A stretch of DNA of 64,000 bases from Octopus sinensis (GCF_006345805.1 NC_043007.1:35960001-36024000); one strand, 5' to 3'; shown: positions 12,088-26,859, numbered from the stretch's first letter. A program made the numbers and translations. The notes: generated by a model from the sequence alone, not told the origin.

Positions 12088-13236
12088 CAGGGGTGGGGAA
12101 ACTTTTTAGTGTGATGGGTAAAAATTTCCATTGAAAAAGGTCCACGGGCAGACCACAAGTTCTATCTCTTATATCTGTGTAAATCTTGTATATGTTCCTT
12201 CTCGAGCCATGCCAGGCTCATAAGGGCCGGTTTCCCAGTTTCAGTGGCATAGAAATTCCCCACCTGGACGGGACACCAGTCCGTCGCAGGATTACTCATA
12301 TTTACCAGCTGAGTGGACTGGAGCAAGGTGAAATGAAGTGTTTTGCTCAAGAACACAGCGCATTGCCCAATCCAGGCATCGAAACCACAACCTTACGATC
12401 ATGAGTATATATCTGTGTATAATTTGATATACATTAATAAAGATAAGTTTAACACATTAAATTAATGCGGAACATCTTCATTAATGCTACCACTGAATTT
12501 AGGATGTTTATATTTCTTATGTGGTATTCTATATTTTTTAGCTTGAGTGTAGTTGGGTCTCAAGGGGGTGGTACAAACCTAGCAATATGTGTTATAAAGT
12601 GAAAACAAAATTTCTATTCAAATGGCAATTATCGGATGATTTCTGTTCGAGTCTAATCGTTTTAAGTCATAGTGGAAACATGACCTATGTCACAAGTAGG
12701 CATATGAATATTGTATAAATTTTGTTGTTGAAAAATTTATTATATTTTGTACTAGCAGTATCGCCCGGTGTTGCTCGGGTTTGTAAGGGAAATAACTATA
12801 TAAGCATTTTTAGAGAGTTATAGCCAAAAAATAGCAAAAAAATGCATTAAAAATGGAAAAAAAATGATGGTAAATTTTTTTTTTAAATTGTTGACTCATC
12901 GTAGACATTTTTAGAGAGTTACTTCCCTTATATAATAGCGAAAAATGCATTAAAAAGGAAAAAAATGATGGTAAATTTTTTTTAAAATCGTAGACTCATC
13001 GTAGACGCGCGCTAATACCCAGAAGGGCTCGATATGAATCACGACTATAAGATACCTGGTTTTGGTTAAACTGCACCGCAAAATGTGGGAGTAGTTAGGA
13101 ATCTAAATCGTAGGAGACAGACACACAACTTGACTTTTATATATAAAGAAGATATACGACTATATTGGCCTGCAGGTGCAATAAAATGTGTTCACAGACG
13201 CAACTGTGTCTGAGGGCGGGAGCTTTCTCACCCCTG
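12088..13236. mobile_element. hAT MITE carrying a nested SINE (~12195-12405, -) and a Helitron
   Basis: TIRs CAGGGGTGGGGAAACT / AGCTTTCTCACCCCTG; 8-bp TSD ATCTAGAG / ATCTGGAG (7/8), a Charlie-type target. Confidence 0.8.
12752..13152 (-). mobile_element. Non-autonomous Helitron
   Basis: Minus strand starts TCTTCTTTATATATAAAAG and ends with hairpin CCCGAGCAACACCGGG followed by CGATACTG-CTAG; inserted between A and T, no TSD; internal ~100-bp direct duplication. Confidence 0.82.
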
Positions 13237-13666
13237 ATCTGGAGTGTTAAGGGTACTGAATTATTAGCAAACTGAAACAAGAAGTGTGTGCTACTTTCAG
13301 GTTAAAACTCATTAATTTCCAACCAAATATAGTCACAATAACTAGTATTCATGAAGCACATAATTCACATTAAATTTTCCAACTATATCTTAGCAGTTCA
13401 GCAAAAGATACTGATGGAATAAGTACTAGACTTAAAGAAAAATAGAAACAAATAAGTCCTGCGGTCGATTTATTCAAATAAAAATAAAAAGATGGTGCTC
13501 TAGCATGGTCACATGATTAAAATAAGAAAAAGGTAAAAGGTTAAAGGTATATCGATATTTGACTGAATTTTTATCGATTTCATTAAGTATTTTCATTAAA
13601 TTTTAAAAAATCATTTCTTATTAAAAAGACACAATAGAACAAAGGAATGAATTGTTTTCAAATTAA

Positions 13667-13895
13667 GTACTCTTTTACTCTTTTACTTGTTTCAGTCATT
13701 TGACTGCGACCATGCTGGAGCACCGCCTTCAGTCGAGCAAATTGACCCCGGGACTTATTCTTTGTAAGCCCAGTACTTATTCTATCGGTCTCTTTTGCCG
13801 AACCGCTAAGTTATGGAGACATAAACACACTCAGCATCGGTTGTCAAGCAATGCTTGGGGGACAAAACAGACACACAACATACACGCACATATAT

Positions 13896-13938
<43 letters not shown>

Positions 13939-14100
13939 ATATATAACACACGGGCTTCTTTCAGTTTCGTTTCTACCAATCCACTCACAAGGCATTGGTT
14001 GGCCCGAGGCTATCGTGAAGACACTTGCCAAGGTGCCACGCAGTGGGACTGAACCCGGAACCATGTGGTTGGTAAGCAAGCTACTTACCACACAGCCACT
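13667..14100 (-). mobile_element. SINE family A
   Basis: Matches the family A consensus. Confidence 0.85.
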
Positions 14101-14914
14101 TATGTTTTTTAATTTATTTTAGAAGTTTATATGATGGGGGGGGGGGGCAATAAATTATTAATAATTCCATGATGGGGTCAATGACATAAGACATTTGTTG
14201 CCCTGGATTTATATGTACCTGTGTATGTATATATACATGTGTATGTATACAGTAATCTCTCGCCATATCACGGTTCACCTATCGTGGTTCATCTATCATG
14301 GTTCACCTATCATACAAGGCTTACAAAGATTTGTTTGACTAAAGGTGATGCTCCAGTATGGCCACCGTCAAATGACTGAAACAAATAAAAGAATAAAAGA
14401 ATAAAATAGTCTTTGTAGGGTCTGATTGAGAAAACTTATGATCAAAGATTGTTTTAAGAATGGTTCATTTTCTTTTTTGCTTTTTATTTGTATTTGTTTC
14501 AATCATTAGATGGCAGCCATGCTGGAGCACTGCCTTGAAAAAGTGTTTAGTTGAATGTATTTTGATTCCAGTACTTCTTTTTCAAAGCCTGGTACTTATT
14601 CTGTTGGTGTCTTTTGCTGAACTGCTAAGTTATGAAGATGTAAACACACCACTAATTATCAAGTGGTGTGAATGTGTGTGTCTTTGTCACACACACGCTC
14701 ATGTGCGTGCACTCTCCTCACTATGCACATAAATGTACGACAAGCTTCTATCAGCCTCCACCAGTGAAATTCACTCACAAAGTTTTGGTTGGCCCAAGGC
14801 TATTGTAGAAAACACTTGCCCAATTGAAGTGGGACTGTACCCTGAACCATGTGGTTGAGAAGCAAGTTTCCTATCCCAGTCACGCCCATACATTTTTTTT
14901 TGGCATCTCTTTTT

Positions 14915-15139
14915 CTTTTTACTCTTTTACTTGTTGCAGTCATTTGACTGTGACCATGCTGGAGCACCACCTTTAGTCGAGCAAATCGACCCCAGGACTT
15001 ATTCTTTGTAAGCCTAGTACTTTTTTCTATTGGTCTCTTTTACCAAACCGCTAAGTTACGGGGATGTAAACACACCAGCATCGGTTGTCAAGTGATGTTG
15101 GGGGGACAAACACACACACAAACATATACGCACACATAC

Positions 15140-15208
<69 letters not shown>

Positions 15209-15367
15209 TATATACGACGGGCTTCTTTCAGTTTCCGTCTACCAAATCTACTCACAAGGCTTTGGTCGGCGCAAGGCTATAGTAGAAGACACTTGCCCAA
15301 GGTGCCACGCAGTGGGACTGAACCCGGAACCATGTGGTTGGTAAGCAAGCTACTTAACACACAGCCC
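14915..15367 (-). mobile_element. SINE family A
   Basis: Matches the family A consensus. Confidence 0.85.
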
Positions 15368-15740
15368 TTTCTTTTTCAAGATGGCTGAGTATGATTCGAT
15401 GGAATTTGACTGCTATTCCTGGCAGGTCGAGCAACAACACAGATACAGCCTCCTTGGCTGTAAGTATAACCCGATATCATTTCACTACCATCTTTATCTT
15501 TGGTTCCTGTTACTTTCACCCAGTTTAGATAATGTGGCTTAGCCTTTATTTCCTCTACAAGACACCTGTTCTTATCCATCTAGTCTGCTTTAATCTCTCA
15601 ACACCTGGCATAAAGCCACCTCCCTTCTACTATGATCCAAAGTTATTTGGCAACCTCACAAATACCAGTGTCATGAGAAAAGCATCCTGTACACTCTGTA
15701 AAGTGGCTGGTATTAGGAAGGGCATTCAGCTGTAGAAACC

Positions 15741-15965
15741 TATTTCTTTACTACCCACAAGGGGCTAAACAGAGAGGGAACAAACAAGGATAGAAACACG
15801 GATTAAGTCGATTATATCGACACCAGTGCGTAACTGGTACTTATTTAATCGACCCCGAAAGGATGAAAGGCAAAGTCAACCTCGGCGGAATTTGAACTCA
15901 GAACATAACGGTAGACGAAATACAGCAAAGCATTTCGCTCGGCGTGCTAACAATTCTGCCAGCTA
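15741..15965 (-). mobile_element. SINE family B
   Basis: Matches the family B consensus. Confidence 0.8.
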
Positions 15966-16189
15966 TGCCAACACAAACACTGCAGCATGGTGCAGTCTCC
16001 CAACTTGCTGGATCCTGTCAAACTGTCCTACTCATGCCAGTATAGACAGCGGACATTAAATGATGATGATTCTATTTCATGTGAGTATAAAATAGTAATA
16101 ATGAATATAAATGTACATGCCCATGCGTGTGTGTGTGTGTGTGTGCAGGTATGTGTATAAATAAAGGTATATCTACCATGTTTAGGTAC

Positions 16190-16800
<611 letters not shown>

Positions 16801-17669
16801 CACATAAGCACACACACATGCATTTATATAGACATGAGTAAACATTTTTTGTTGTCAAAATATTTTTGCATCTTGTCTCATAAGTGATAAGGCATTTCAT
16901 TGATATTTAAATTTAACGCCTAATGCCTATCTTGTGTGTTTAGTCACTACCATGTGCCCTGTATGAATGTACTTAAGTGTATGTATGTATGTATGTATGT
17001 ATGTATGTATGAAAGTATGTAGGTAAATAAGTTGGTAGGTTGGTAGATAGGAAAGTAGATATGAATATGTATGTGTATGTGTGTGTGCATGAATGTATAT
17101 TTGTATGTGTGTATGTATATAAGTCGGTATGTGTGTATGTTTGTATGAATGAATATATGTATATCTGTCTGCGCAATACACATCTGTGTATATATGAAAT
17201 GAATGTATGTATGTACTTTTAAGTATAAATGGGTGTACATATGAATGTATAGGCGTATGTGGAGCTTTCTTTGAGGGGAGGTACATGATGAACTTTGGAT
17301 GCACTAATGTACAAAGAACTGAAAAGAGGAGGGACAAATGCCAGAAGGGCAAAAAAGAGGTTTCTGTGATGTTCATGCCTTTGTATCCATCCCCATTTTG
17401 CCATCTGTCTTGACTAGGGCATATCTTGTATGAAAGTGGTCTATATTTGTGGTGGGGAGGAGTAAAATGGGGGTGCTAGGAATGTGGCCTGGATGCCAAG
17501 AGGGCAGCAGCCTGAAAAAGTTTGTGAACTACTGCTCTAAGGGTACCAAAAGGTGAATATAATAGAGACAGGCTTTTTTCAGTTTCCATCTATCAAATCC
17601 ACTCACAAAGCTTTGGCCAGCCCGAGTCTATAGTAGAAAACACTTGTCCAAGGTGCCACACAGTGGGAC

Positions 17670-17978
17670 CATCCAACCAAAATGCAAATATATGGGAAAC
17701 TACCACCTGTGTCATCTCTTGTGAAAGGTAGGAGAGTCCAGTTTGCTGGACATTGTTGTAGAGTTGAAAAAGAGGTAATTTCTACTCTCCTCCTCTGGAA
17801 GCCATCTACTTGCAATGCAAGAGGGCACACACTCTCCTACCCTGATGTAATCTCCAGGGATACAGGCATCCAGCAACAGGACCTCTGTAATGCCATGATG
17901 GACCATGAAGTCTGGCGTAGCATGGTAAATTCCATTGTCTCGACCACGGTCGAACAATGATGATGATGATGATGATAA
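17670..17978 (+). mobile_element. RTE-like LINE 3' end inserted into a SINE A copy
   Basis: IYGKLPPVSSLVKGRRVQFAGHCCR..STLLLWKP..AMMDHEVWR resembles RTE ORF2 C-terminus; (GAT)n tail; TSD TGGGAC at 17664-17669 and 17979-17984 splits the host SINE. Confidence 0.85.
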
Positions 17979-18109
17979 TGGGACTGAATCCGGAACCATG
18001 TGGTTGGGGAGCAAGCTACTTACCACACAGTCACTCCAGCACCTAGTAATATTTTTTTTTACATCTATCACCCCATTTTGGCCACCCACATTATCATCCC
18101 ACATGCATG

Positions 18110-18323
18110 AATTCCGGCACCAAATGTCACCAAACAAGCCCTTGACTGGAACCCTAAGGAGAAATGAAAGGTGGCTCAACCCAAACAGTCTTGGTGCAGG
18201 AGCGTCAATGCAGAGGTAAGGGCAGCCAGAATGATGTGGACCGAGCTGAAGAGGATCCCCCAGAATCGTGTCCATTGGAAAAATTTTGTTGCAGCCCTAT
18301 GTTCCTCGAAGAATCAAGAAACC

Positions 18324-18362
<39 letters not shown>

Positions 18363-18380
18363 AGAAAGAAAGAGAGAGAG
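18110..18380 (+). mobile_element. RTE-like LINE 3' end with (GA)n tail
   Basis: Translation VTKQALDWNPKEK*KVAQPKQSWCRSV...WTELKRIPQNRVHWKNFVAALCS, typical RTE ORF2 end. Confidence 0.8.
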
Positions 18381-18512
18381 AATTTATACAAGTTAACATG
18401 TGAAGAACAAAACAGGTATTTTGAAAGTTTGTATAAAACTAGTTTTTAAACATTGAATGGCTATGGGTTTATATATATATATATATTACTACTCGCTATA
18501 TGTATAACATAT

Positions 18513-18912
18513 AGGCGCAGGAGTGGCTGTGTGGTAAGTAGCTTGCTTACCAACCACATGGTTCCGGGTTCAGTCCCACTGCGTGGCATCTTGGGCAAGT
18601 GTCTTCTGCTATAGCCTCGGGCCGACCAATGCCTTGTGAGTGGATTTGGTAGACGGAAACTGAAAGAAGCCTGTCGGATATATGTATATATGTGTGTATG
18701 TGTGTGTATGTTTGTGTGTCTGTGTTTGTCCCCCTAGCATTGCTTGACAACCGATGCTGGTGTGTTTATGTCCCCGTCACTTAGCGGTTCGGCAAAAAGA
18801 GACCGATAGAATAAGTACTGGGCTTACAAAGAATAAGTCCCGGGGTCGAGTTGCTCGATTAAAGGCGGTGCTCCAGCATGGCCGCAGTCAAATGACTGAA
18901 ACAAGTAAATGA
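18513..18912 (+). mobile_element. SINE family A, full length
   Basis: Near-consensus copy with CpGs retained. Confidence 0.88.
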
Positions 18913-18914
18913 GA

Positions 18915-18945
<31 letters not shown>

Positions 18946-19699
18946 TGATTTGTTCAACTAAAGGTGATGCTCCAGCATGGCTGCAGCCAAATAATTGAGA
19001 CAATAAAAGAATAAAAGAATTGAGACAATAAAAGAATAAAGACAATAAAAGAATAAAGACAATAAAAGAATTGAGACAATAAAAGAATAAAAGAATTCAC
19101 ACAGTCCTCTGCCTTGCCAGCTCCTGTCAATCCATCCAACACATGCCAGCATGGAAAACAGACATCAAATGATGATAATATCTACATGGAAACATGTAAT
19201 ATGTATGTACAGAAATTTGATATGTTATACATATAATACTTTGGACTTTGAGACATCAAAGTTTCATGTGTTACATTTGTGTGGAGGAAGAGAGATCTTA
19301 TACATATTTGATTAACATCAACATAGGTTCAATTTTTTTCATCATAAAAGAAGCAAAACACAATAGGACAAGCAGAGTGACTGAAAAACAAGTGACACAC
19401 ACATGAATGGGAGTGTAAAGTTATATTCATTCCACACAATTATCATCTCTAGAAATGGTAGATTGATATATCAGCTGTGTGTGTGTGTGTGGAAATATTG
19501 CTGCCATACACAGTAAAATTAGCATATCACTATCATCATGATCATCATCGTTTAACGTCTGTTTTCCATGCTAGCATGGGTTGGACAGGTCGACCGGGGT
19601 CTGGGAAGCCAGGAGGCTGCACCAGGCTTCAAGAGATAGAAAATTATAATTATGGAATGTAGAAATTAGTAGAAATTTGCAGTGTGGTAAGAAACTTGC

Positions 19700-20112
19700 G
19701 GCAAGCTGGCAGAAACATTAGCATACCGGGCGAAATGCTTAACGGTATTTCATTTGCCACTACGTTCTGAGTTCAAATTCCGCCAAGGTCAACTTTGCCT
19801 TTCATCCTTTCGGGGTCGATAAATTAAGTACCAGTTATGCACTGGAGTCAATATAATCGACTTAATCCGTTTGTCTGTCCTTGTTTGTCCTCTCTGTGTT
19901 TAGCCCCTTGTGGGTAGTAAAGAAATAGGTATTCCGTCTGCCATTACATTCTGAGTTCAAATTCCGCCAAGGTCATCTTTGCCTTTCATTTTTTCGAGGT
20001 CGATAAATTAAGTACCAATTACACATTGGGGTTGATGTAATTGACTTAATCCCTTTGTCTGTCCTTGTTTGTCTCCTCTATGTTTGGCCCCTTGTGGGCA
20101 ATAAAGAAATAA
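19700..20112 (+). mobile_element. SINE family B, tandem dimer
   Basis: Same structure as 10851-11265; appears nested in the head of a SINE A relic. Confidence 0.8.
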
Positions 20113-20248
20113 GAAACTTGCTTCTAAAACACATGGTTCTAGGTTCAGTCCCACTGCACGGCACCTTGGGCAGGTGTCTTCAACAATAGCTTTGGGCTGA
20201 CCAAGCCTTGTGAGTGGTAGATGGAAACTGAAAGAAGCTCATTGTCTG

Positions 20249-20279
<31 letters not shown>

Positions 20280-21755
20280 TGTGTGTGTGTGTGTGTGTGT
20301 CCACCCTGCTGGGTGGATAATGCTAGGAAGGACATCCAGTAATAAAAGCAGAGCCAAAACAGACACAGAGATCTGGTGCAGGTTCCTGCTTAATCAGCTC
20401 CTGTCAAACTGTCCAACTCATGCCAGAATCAGGAAAGACAGACATTAAATGATGACAACAATGACGATGATGATGATGATGATGATGATATATATATAAT
20501 CTTTCATCTGTTTCAGTCATTAGACTGTGGCCATACTGGGGTACCACCTTGAAGAATATTTTTAGCTGAATAATTCAACCTCAGTACTTTTTTTTTTAAA
20601 GCCTGGTATTTATTCTATCAGTCTCTATTGCTGAACTGCTAAGTTATGGGAACATAAACACACCAATACCAGTTGTCAAGCAGAGGTGGGGGCTAACACA
20701 CACACACACATACAAACACACCCACTCACACACACATGCATACACACACTCACACACACATATACACATGCACGCACACACACACACTCACAGGCACTTA
20801 CACACACACTCACATGCACACACACACACACACACACACACACAAGCCTTGTGAGTGGATTTGGTAGATGGAAACTGAAAAGAAGCCTGTCGTATATATG
20901 TATATATATATATATATGCGTGTGTGTGTTTGTGTGTCTGTGTTTGTCCCTGTAGCATTGCTTGACAACCGATGCTGGTGTGTTTATGCCCCCGTTACTT
21001 AGCGGTTCAGCAAAAGAGACCGATAGAATAAGTACTGGGCTTAAAAAAGAATAAGTCCCAGGGTCGAGTTGCTCGATTAAAGGCGGTGCTCCAGCAAGGC
21101 CACAGTCAAATGACTGAAACAAGTAAAAAAGTAAAAGAGTATATATATATATTATAGGCTTCTTCAGTGTCTGTCTACCAAATCCACTTAGAAGACTTTG
21201 ATTGGCTTAAGGATACAGTGGAAGACATTTGCTTAAGGTGCCACAATGCAGTGTGACTAAACCCTGAACCATGTGGTTGGAAAGCAAACTTTTTAACACA
21301 CAGCCACACCTATACCTATGTGTATATATGCATACATACTTAAATATATATATCATTATCATCATCATCATCATTTAACGTCCATTTTCCATGCTGGCAT
21401 GGGTTTGATGGTGTGACTGAGGTCTGGAAAGCCAACAGCTGCCCCAGGCATCAATCTGATCTGGCAATGTTGCTACAGCTGGATGCCCTTCCTAACGCCA
21501 ACAACTCTGGGAGTATAGTGGGTGCTTTTTACGTGCCACCGGCATAGGAGCCAGTCAGGCAGGCGTGACATGAATCATGTTTAGATAGCGCTATATATAT
21601 ATATGTGATATATAATGGGTGTGTATGTATGTATGTATGTATGTAGGTAGGCATGTATGTTGTTCAGTTTGGTTTTCTAAGATTTTTTTCTATAGTTAAA
21701 TTTTTAAGAAAATCTTTCTTCAAATGCTCCAACTGTTTGAAGTTCCCTTTTATAA

Positions 21756-21812
<57 letters not shown>

Positions 21813-21813
<1 letters not shown>

Positions 21814-22645
21814 AAGAGGAATTGGCTGCCATTCTGAAATTTGGTGCTGAAGATCTCTTTGGTGAAGATGAAGAGGAGGACGATGAACCTCAAGTCGACA
21901 TTGATCACATTCTCCAGAGTGCTGAAACGAGAGATACTGATACCTCAAGTGCCGGTGACGAACTTCTTTCTCAGTTCAAAGTTGTAAGCTTTGATAATTT
22001 GGAAGAAGATGAACCAATAAAACCAGCTATGGGTAGAGACTGGGAGTCTATTATACCAGAAGATGACCGACAAAGGGTGGAAGAGGAGGAGAGACAAAAG
22101 CATATGTTAGAGCTCAATCTGCCTCCTCGGATAAGGAAATCTATCCATCAGATTCAGATGGATTCCAATGAAGAAAAGAAAGGACGGAAGAAAGAGAAAG
22201 ATAGAGATGACTCAGAAAGTTCTGAAGAAGATGATGATGACAAACCTCGTAAAAGAGGTCGACCAAGAACTGTGAACAGGGATACTATCAAGGGTTTCAC
22301 TGATGCTGAAGTTCGTAGATTTGTCAAAAGTTACAAGAAAATTCCTGATGCTATTAACAGACTGGATGCTATATCTGGAGATGCTGAATTACAAGAAAAA
22401 TCTGAAACTGATTTGAAACGGCTTGCTGAGTTACTAAAAGAACGATGTGAAAATGCTATGACTGAACATAAGGAAAGATTGGAAGAGGATCCGAGTTATG
22501 AAGCTGGAAAACGAACACATCGAGGCCCTTCCTTCAAATTATCTGCAGTCACAGTTAATGCCTAAGCAGTTTTAAAAATACAACAAGAGTTGGAACCTTT
22601 GTCTTCATGTCTGAAAATAAAAGATGGGAAAAAGATTTATGAAAA
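21813..22645 (+). pseudogene. CHD1: CHD1/CHD2 chromatin-remodeller fragment (post-helicase linker and SANT-like region), intronless, premature stop
   Basis: KEELAAILKFGAEDLF..DIDHILQSAETR..GDELLSQFKV..DWESIIPEDDR..KPRKRGRPRT..IKGFTDAEVRRFVKSYKK..DAELQEKSETDLKRLAEL..GPSFKLSAVTVNA* then in frame AVLKIQQELEPLSSC (CHD1: VQVNAKLVISHEEELIPL). TAA at 22563-22565; no polypyrimidine acceptor or other CHD1 exons nearby; bounded by (TA)n. Confidence 0.85.
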
Positions 22646-22669
22646 AATATATATATATATATATAAATA

Positions 22670-23554
22670 CAGGGTGCGATGGGTAAATTGTCGCCAGTGT
22701 ATATTTTTAATTTTGCGCATGTGCATTGTTTGTCTTTGATTTTGTCAACTACACAGTAGAGTAGGGTCAGTTGGGTACCGTCTGTGAGAAAAGCATCACC
22801 ATGATGCAATTCACTCTGCCAGAAATTTGAAAATGACATGCTGTACTGCTTGGTATTTGTCCTGGAAGCTCTGATATGAACAATTCAGAGTGTTTGGGTG
22901 TCAATCTGAGGACAGTGCAATCTGAGGACATGTACTGAGAGTGATAAAAATCAAACATCCAGTCAACATCATGATGTTTGGAGTGATCACTAGTGATGGC
23001 GACATTATACCTTCATGCATCTTCCCACACTGCCTTGCACTCAACATGGAAGCCTACATCAAGTGCCTGGAGAAGGTAGTACTATCCTGGGTCAAGAGGG
23101 TAGCTGCTGGAAGACCCTATGTCTGGCAACAGGCCTCTGCACCATGCCACACAAGTAGGAGAACTCAGTCATGGCTCTCAGACAATTTCTGCAACCACGT
23201 CACCCCTAACATCAGGCCACTTAACTTCCCAGACTGCAACTCCCTTTGATTGTTATGTGTGGGACACAGTTGAACAAGAGACCAACAAAACTCCTTGTTA
23301 CTCCAAAGATGAACTGAAGGTAAGGATCATGGCAGCATTCACCAACTTAAACAAGGAGAATGTCCAGAAGGGTTGCAACAAATTCCAAAGTCGTCTGGAG
23401 GCGGTAATTGAAGCCAATGGCAATTTTATTGAATAAATTTACTCTTTAGTATTCCAAGATATTTTAATGTAACTTTGGTAAATATATCTGTTCAAATGAG
23501 ATGTCAGTGTTATTTTCAGTTTTGCATAATTTAGATGACAGTTACCACACCCTG
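22670..23554 (+). mobile_element. Degenerate Tc1/mariner element, DD37D (maT) type
   Basis: TA-CAGGGTG...CACCCTG-TA ends; frameshifted transposase KHPVNIMMFGVITSDG..YVWQQ[D>A]SAPCH..PDCN/PFDCYVW..RLEAVIEANGNFIE, with 37 residues between the 2nd and 3rd catalytic positions. Confidence 0.88.
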
Positions 23555-23652
23555 TACCTACCTACCTACCTACCTACCTATCTATCTATCTATCTATCTA
23601 TCTACTATCCATCTATCTACCTGTCTGTCTGACTACCTACCTACCTACCTAC

Positions 23653-23701
<49 letters not shown>

Positions 23702-23702
23702 C

Positions 23703-23735
<33 letters not shown>

Positions 23736-23804
23736 CCTATCCATCTATCTACCTGTCTGTCTGACTACCTACCTACCTACCTACCTACCTACCTACCTAC
23801 CTAC

Positions 23805-23845
<41 letters not shown>
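23555..23845. repeat. (TACC)n/(TATC)n tetranucleotide microsatellite
   Basis: Seen directly. Confidence 0.92.
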
Positions 23846-23850
<5 letters not shown>

Positions 23851-25116
23851 AATTATTTATCTAACATCTTGTGGATGATGAATGTGACTGATATTAGCTT
23901 TCATATATCAATAACATACAAGATTACATGTCCTACAATAATTAATTTGATTAGGCTTTTTTTTTTTTTTAACAAAGTGGAGGACCAATCAAATTAATTC
24001 TTGTAATACATGTACTCCTATATTATATATCATCTATTTCTGATTATTAATATCATGACAATGCTAGATATCTTGAAATTCCTTTCATACATCATCCTTA
24101 CATGGCTGTGACCATGGACTTCCATTCCAAAGTCTGAAGATTTATGAATTTTAGAGGAAAAGCTACAGCAGATAGCTTTTTTTGTGGTTTATTTACTTAC
24201 ACTTTACTCTGTTAGTCGTCTGCTCTCCTGAGCTTAAACCTGAAGTAAAGGGCTTATTTACTCTAGAGCAATCGTGGGTACACTGGCTCGGGAATGAAAT
24301 TTGCTTAGGGGGTGCAAACCCAGGTCCAAAAATATTTACAAACAAGGTCTTGTTTTTTTTTTTCTTTTTTGTTATTTATTTTTGTGTTTTGTTCTTTGAG
24401 AAGGAACCTAACTTCAAGCTACTTTTTCACATCACTTTTTATTCACCATTTTCTAAACCTGAGGAAAATAAATAGGGCTTCAAATTTTGGTTCTGCACTC
24501 CACAAAAATTCTAGGGGTGTACTTGCACCACCTGCACCCCCTGTTCCCAGGCCTATGTGTGGGTAGTAGTGGTTTTTGTAGATGATGTCAGGGCATGTCC
24601 GTACACTCACAGGCCTGTATGATTCTTTTGAGTTCTGTACATCTCAGCTGAAGGAGCATCTGTTATTTGACCTGTAACTGGGGCACTTCACATATAGTTC
24701 CAATTGTGCCAAAGTGGACCTGAAAATAGTGATGATTGGGGACTAACTTTACATTCTCTAAAACTCCCAAAGTCCCAAGTTTAAACTCCACCACTTGATG
24801 TAGTTTAATGTCCTGTTTTGGAAAATCTTGAAAAAGAGTTAATTAAAATATTTCTATCTTTTATCTTTTTCTTGCTTCATTCACTGGACTGTGGCCATGC
24901 TGGGACACCACCATTAAGGGTTTAGATGAACGAATTAACCTGAGTACTTATTTTTAAGCCTGGTGCTTATTCTAAGTAAGGGAACATGGAATCAGTACAA
25001 GATTCTAGGTGCTGGTTCTAAGTTATAGTGACATAAACAAACCAACACCAGTTGTCAAACACAAATATACACACATGCATATATTTATAAATATATATAT
25101 GTACCCATATACATAA

Positions 25117-25440
25117 GACACCCTTCGGTCTTGAATGACTATGGGATTGCACCTAGAAAGTTCCCTTCCAAGGCACAAGCCTGAGCAAGGTTGTTTATGG
25201 AAGACCAGCAGTCACCCATGTATCCCAGCCTCCCCTCTCCCGGCCACTGATGTTATCCAAGGGAAAGGCAAAGGCTGATACAGCTTGGCACCACTGATGT
25301 CACAACTCATTTCTACAGCCGAGTGAACTGGAACAAAGTGAAATAAAGTGTCTTGCTCAAGAACACTACACACAGCCCAGTCCAGGAATTGATCTCACTA
25401 CCTCATGGTCGTGAGCCCAATGCTCTAACCACTGAGCCAT
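25117..25440 (-). mobile_element. SINE family D
   Basis: Homologous to 6270-6553 and 62862-63175. Confidence 0.78.
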
Positions 25441-25459
25441 GTTCCTTCATATACATTCA

Positions 25460-25670
<211 letters not shown>

Positions 25671-26859
25671 TGCGTGCACACACGCACACACATAATATTT
25701 TTTATCTTTTACCTTTCAGTCATTAAGCTGCGTCCATACTGGAGCACTGGCTTGAAGACTTTTAGTCGAACAAATCAACCTCAGAGTGTTTATCTTTTTT
25801 TAAGCCTTGTATTTATTCTATCAGTTTATTTTGGTAGACTGCTAAGTTATGGGGTAATGTAAACACATCAACACCTGCTGTCAAGTGGTGGTGGTGGGGG
25901 ACAAACGCATACACAAAAACACACACACATATACGATGGGCTTCTTTCAGTTTCCATCGACTGAATCCACTCACCATGCTTTGGTCAAACTGAGTCTATA
26001 GTAGACATTTGGCCAATGTGCCACACAGTGGGACTGAACTCAGAACCATATGGTTGGGAAGCAAGCTTCTTTCCACACTGCCACACACACACACGTGTGC
26101 ATGATGAACCTTTCATTATGTGTCTACCAAATCCATTCACAAGGCTTTGGTCGAACTGAGACTGTAGTAGACATTTGCCCAAGGTGCGATACAGTGGGAC
26201 TGAACCCAGAACCATGTGGCTTGGAACAAAGCCTCATACCATACACACACACACACACACACACGCACACCTCTACCCACACATACACACATGCATAATG
26301 GACTTCTTTCTACCAAATCTACTCACAAGGCTTTGGTCAAACTGAGTCTATAGTAGAAGACATTCGCCCAAGTTGCCACACACTGGGACTGCTACCACTC
26401 AGTTTCCGTCCAGAAAATTTATTTACTAGGCATTGGTCAGCCTGGGACTACAGTAGAAAACACTTGACCAAAGCGCAAACCATGCTTTGGAAACTATAGT
26501 TCTTATGTACAGACATTAAACTAAATATTCCTTCTGGAGCCATGAACGTACACTGAGTACATGCTGTAAAATGGTTGGTAAATGAGCAGAGATTTTGAGG
26601 GATTAGGCATGGAGTGCCCTTTAATTGTCTCTTGGCGTGAAAAGTTCAACTTCTTAAGTATTGGTAGCATGAGAAAATGCACCCAGTACATTCTGTGAAT
26701 GGTTTGGCAATAAGGAGAGTATTCAACCATAATGACCAAGCCTGATGATGCATGCCGGCACCATTCTATGAGAGTCGTCACAGAGCCCAATGAGAAAGAG
26801 ATGACTCAGACTTTGATTACCTGTTCAACCCACGCCAGCCTCTAAAGCGGACATAAAAC

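Noticed and set aside
18513-18585. tRNA genes at SINE heads
   Set aside because: A/B-box-like motifs only, continuous with SINE bodies and no full cloverleaf
21822-22565. Functional CHD1 exon
   Set aside because: In-frame stop within continuing homology, no polypyrimidine acceptor, no other CHD1 exons seen in 64 kb
26821-26847. Possible minus-strand micro-exon (TTTAG|...CAG|GTAATC)
   Set aside because: Better explained as a decayed RTE 3' terminus
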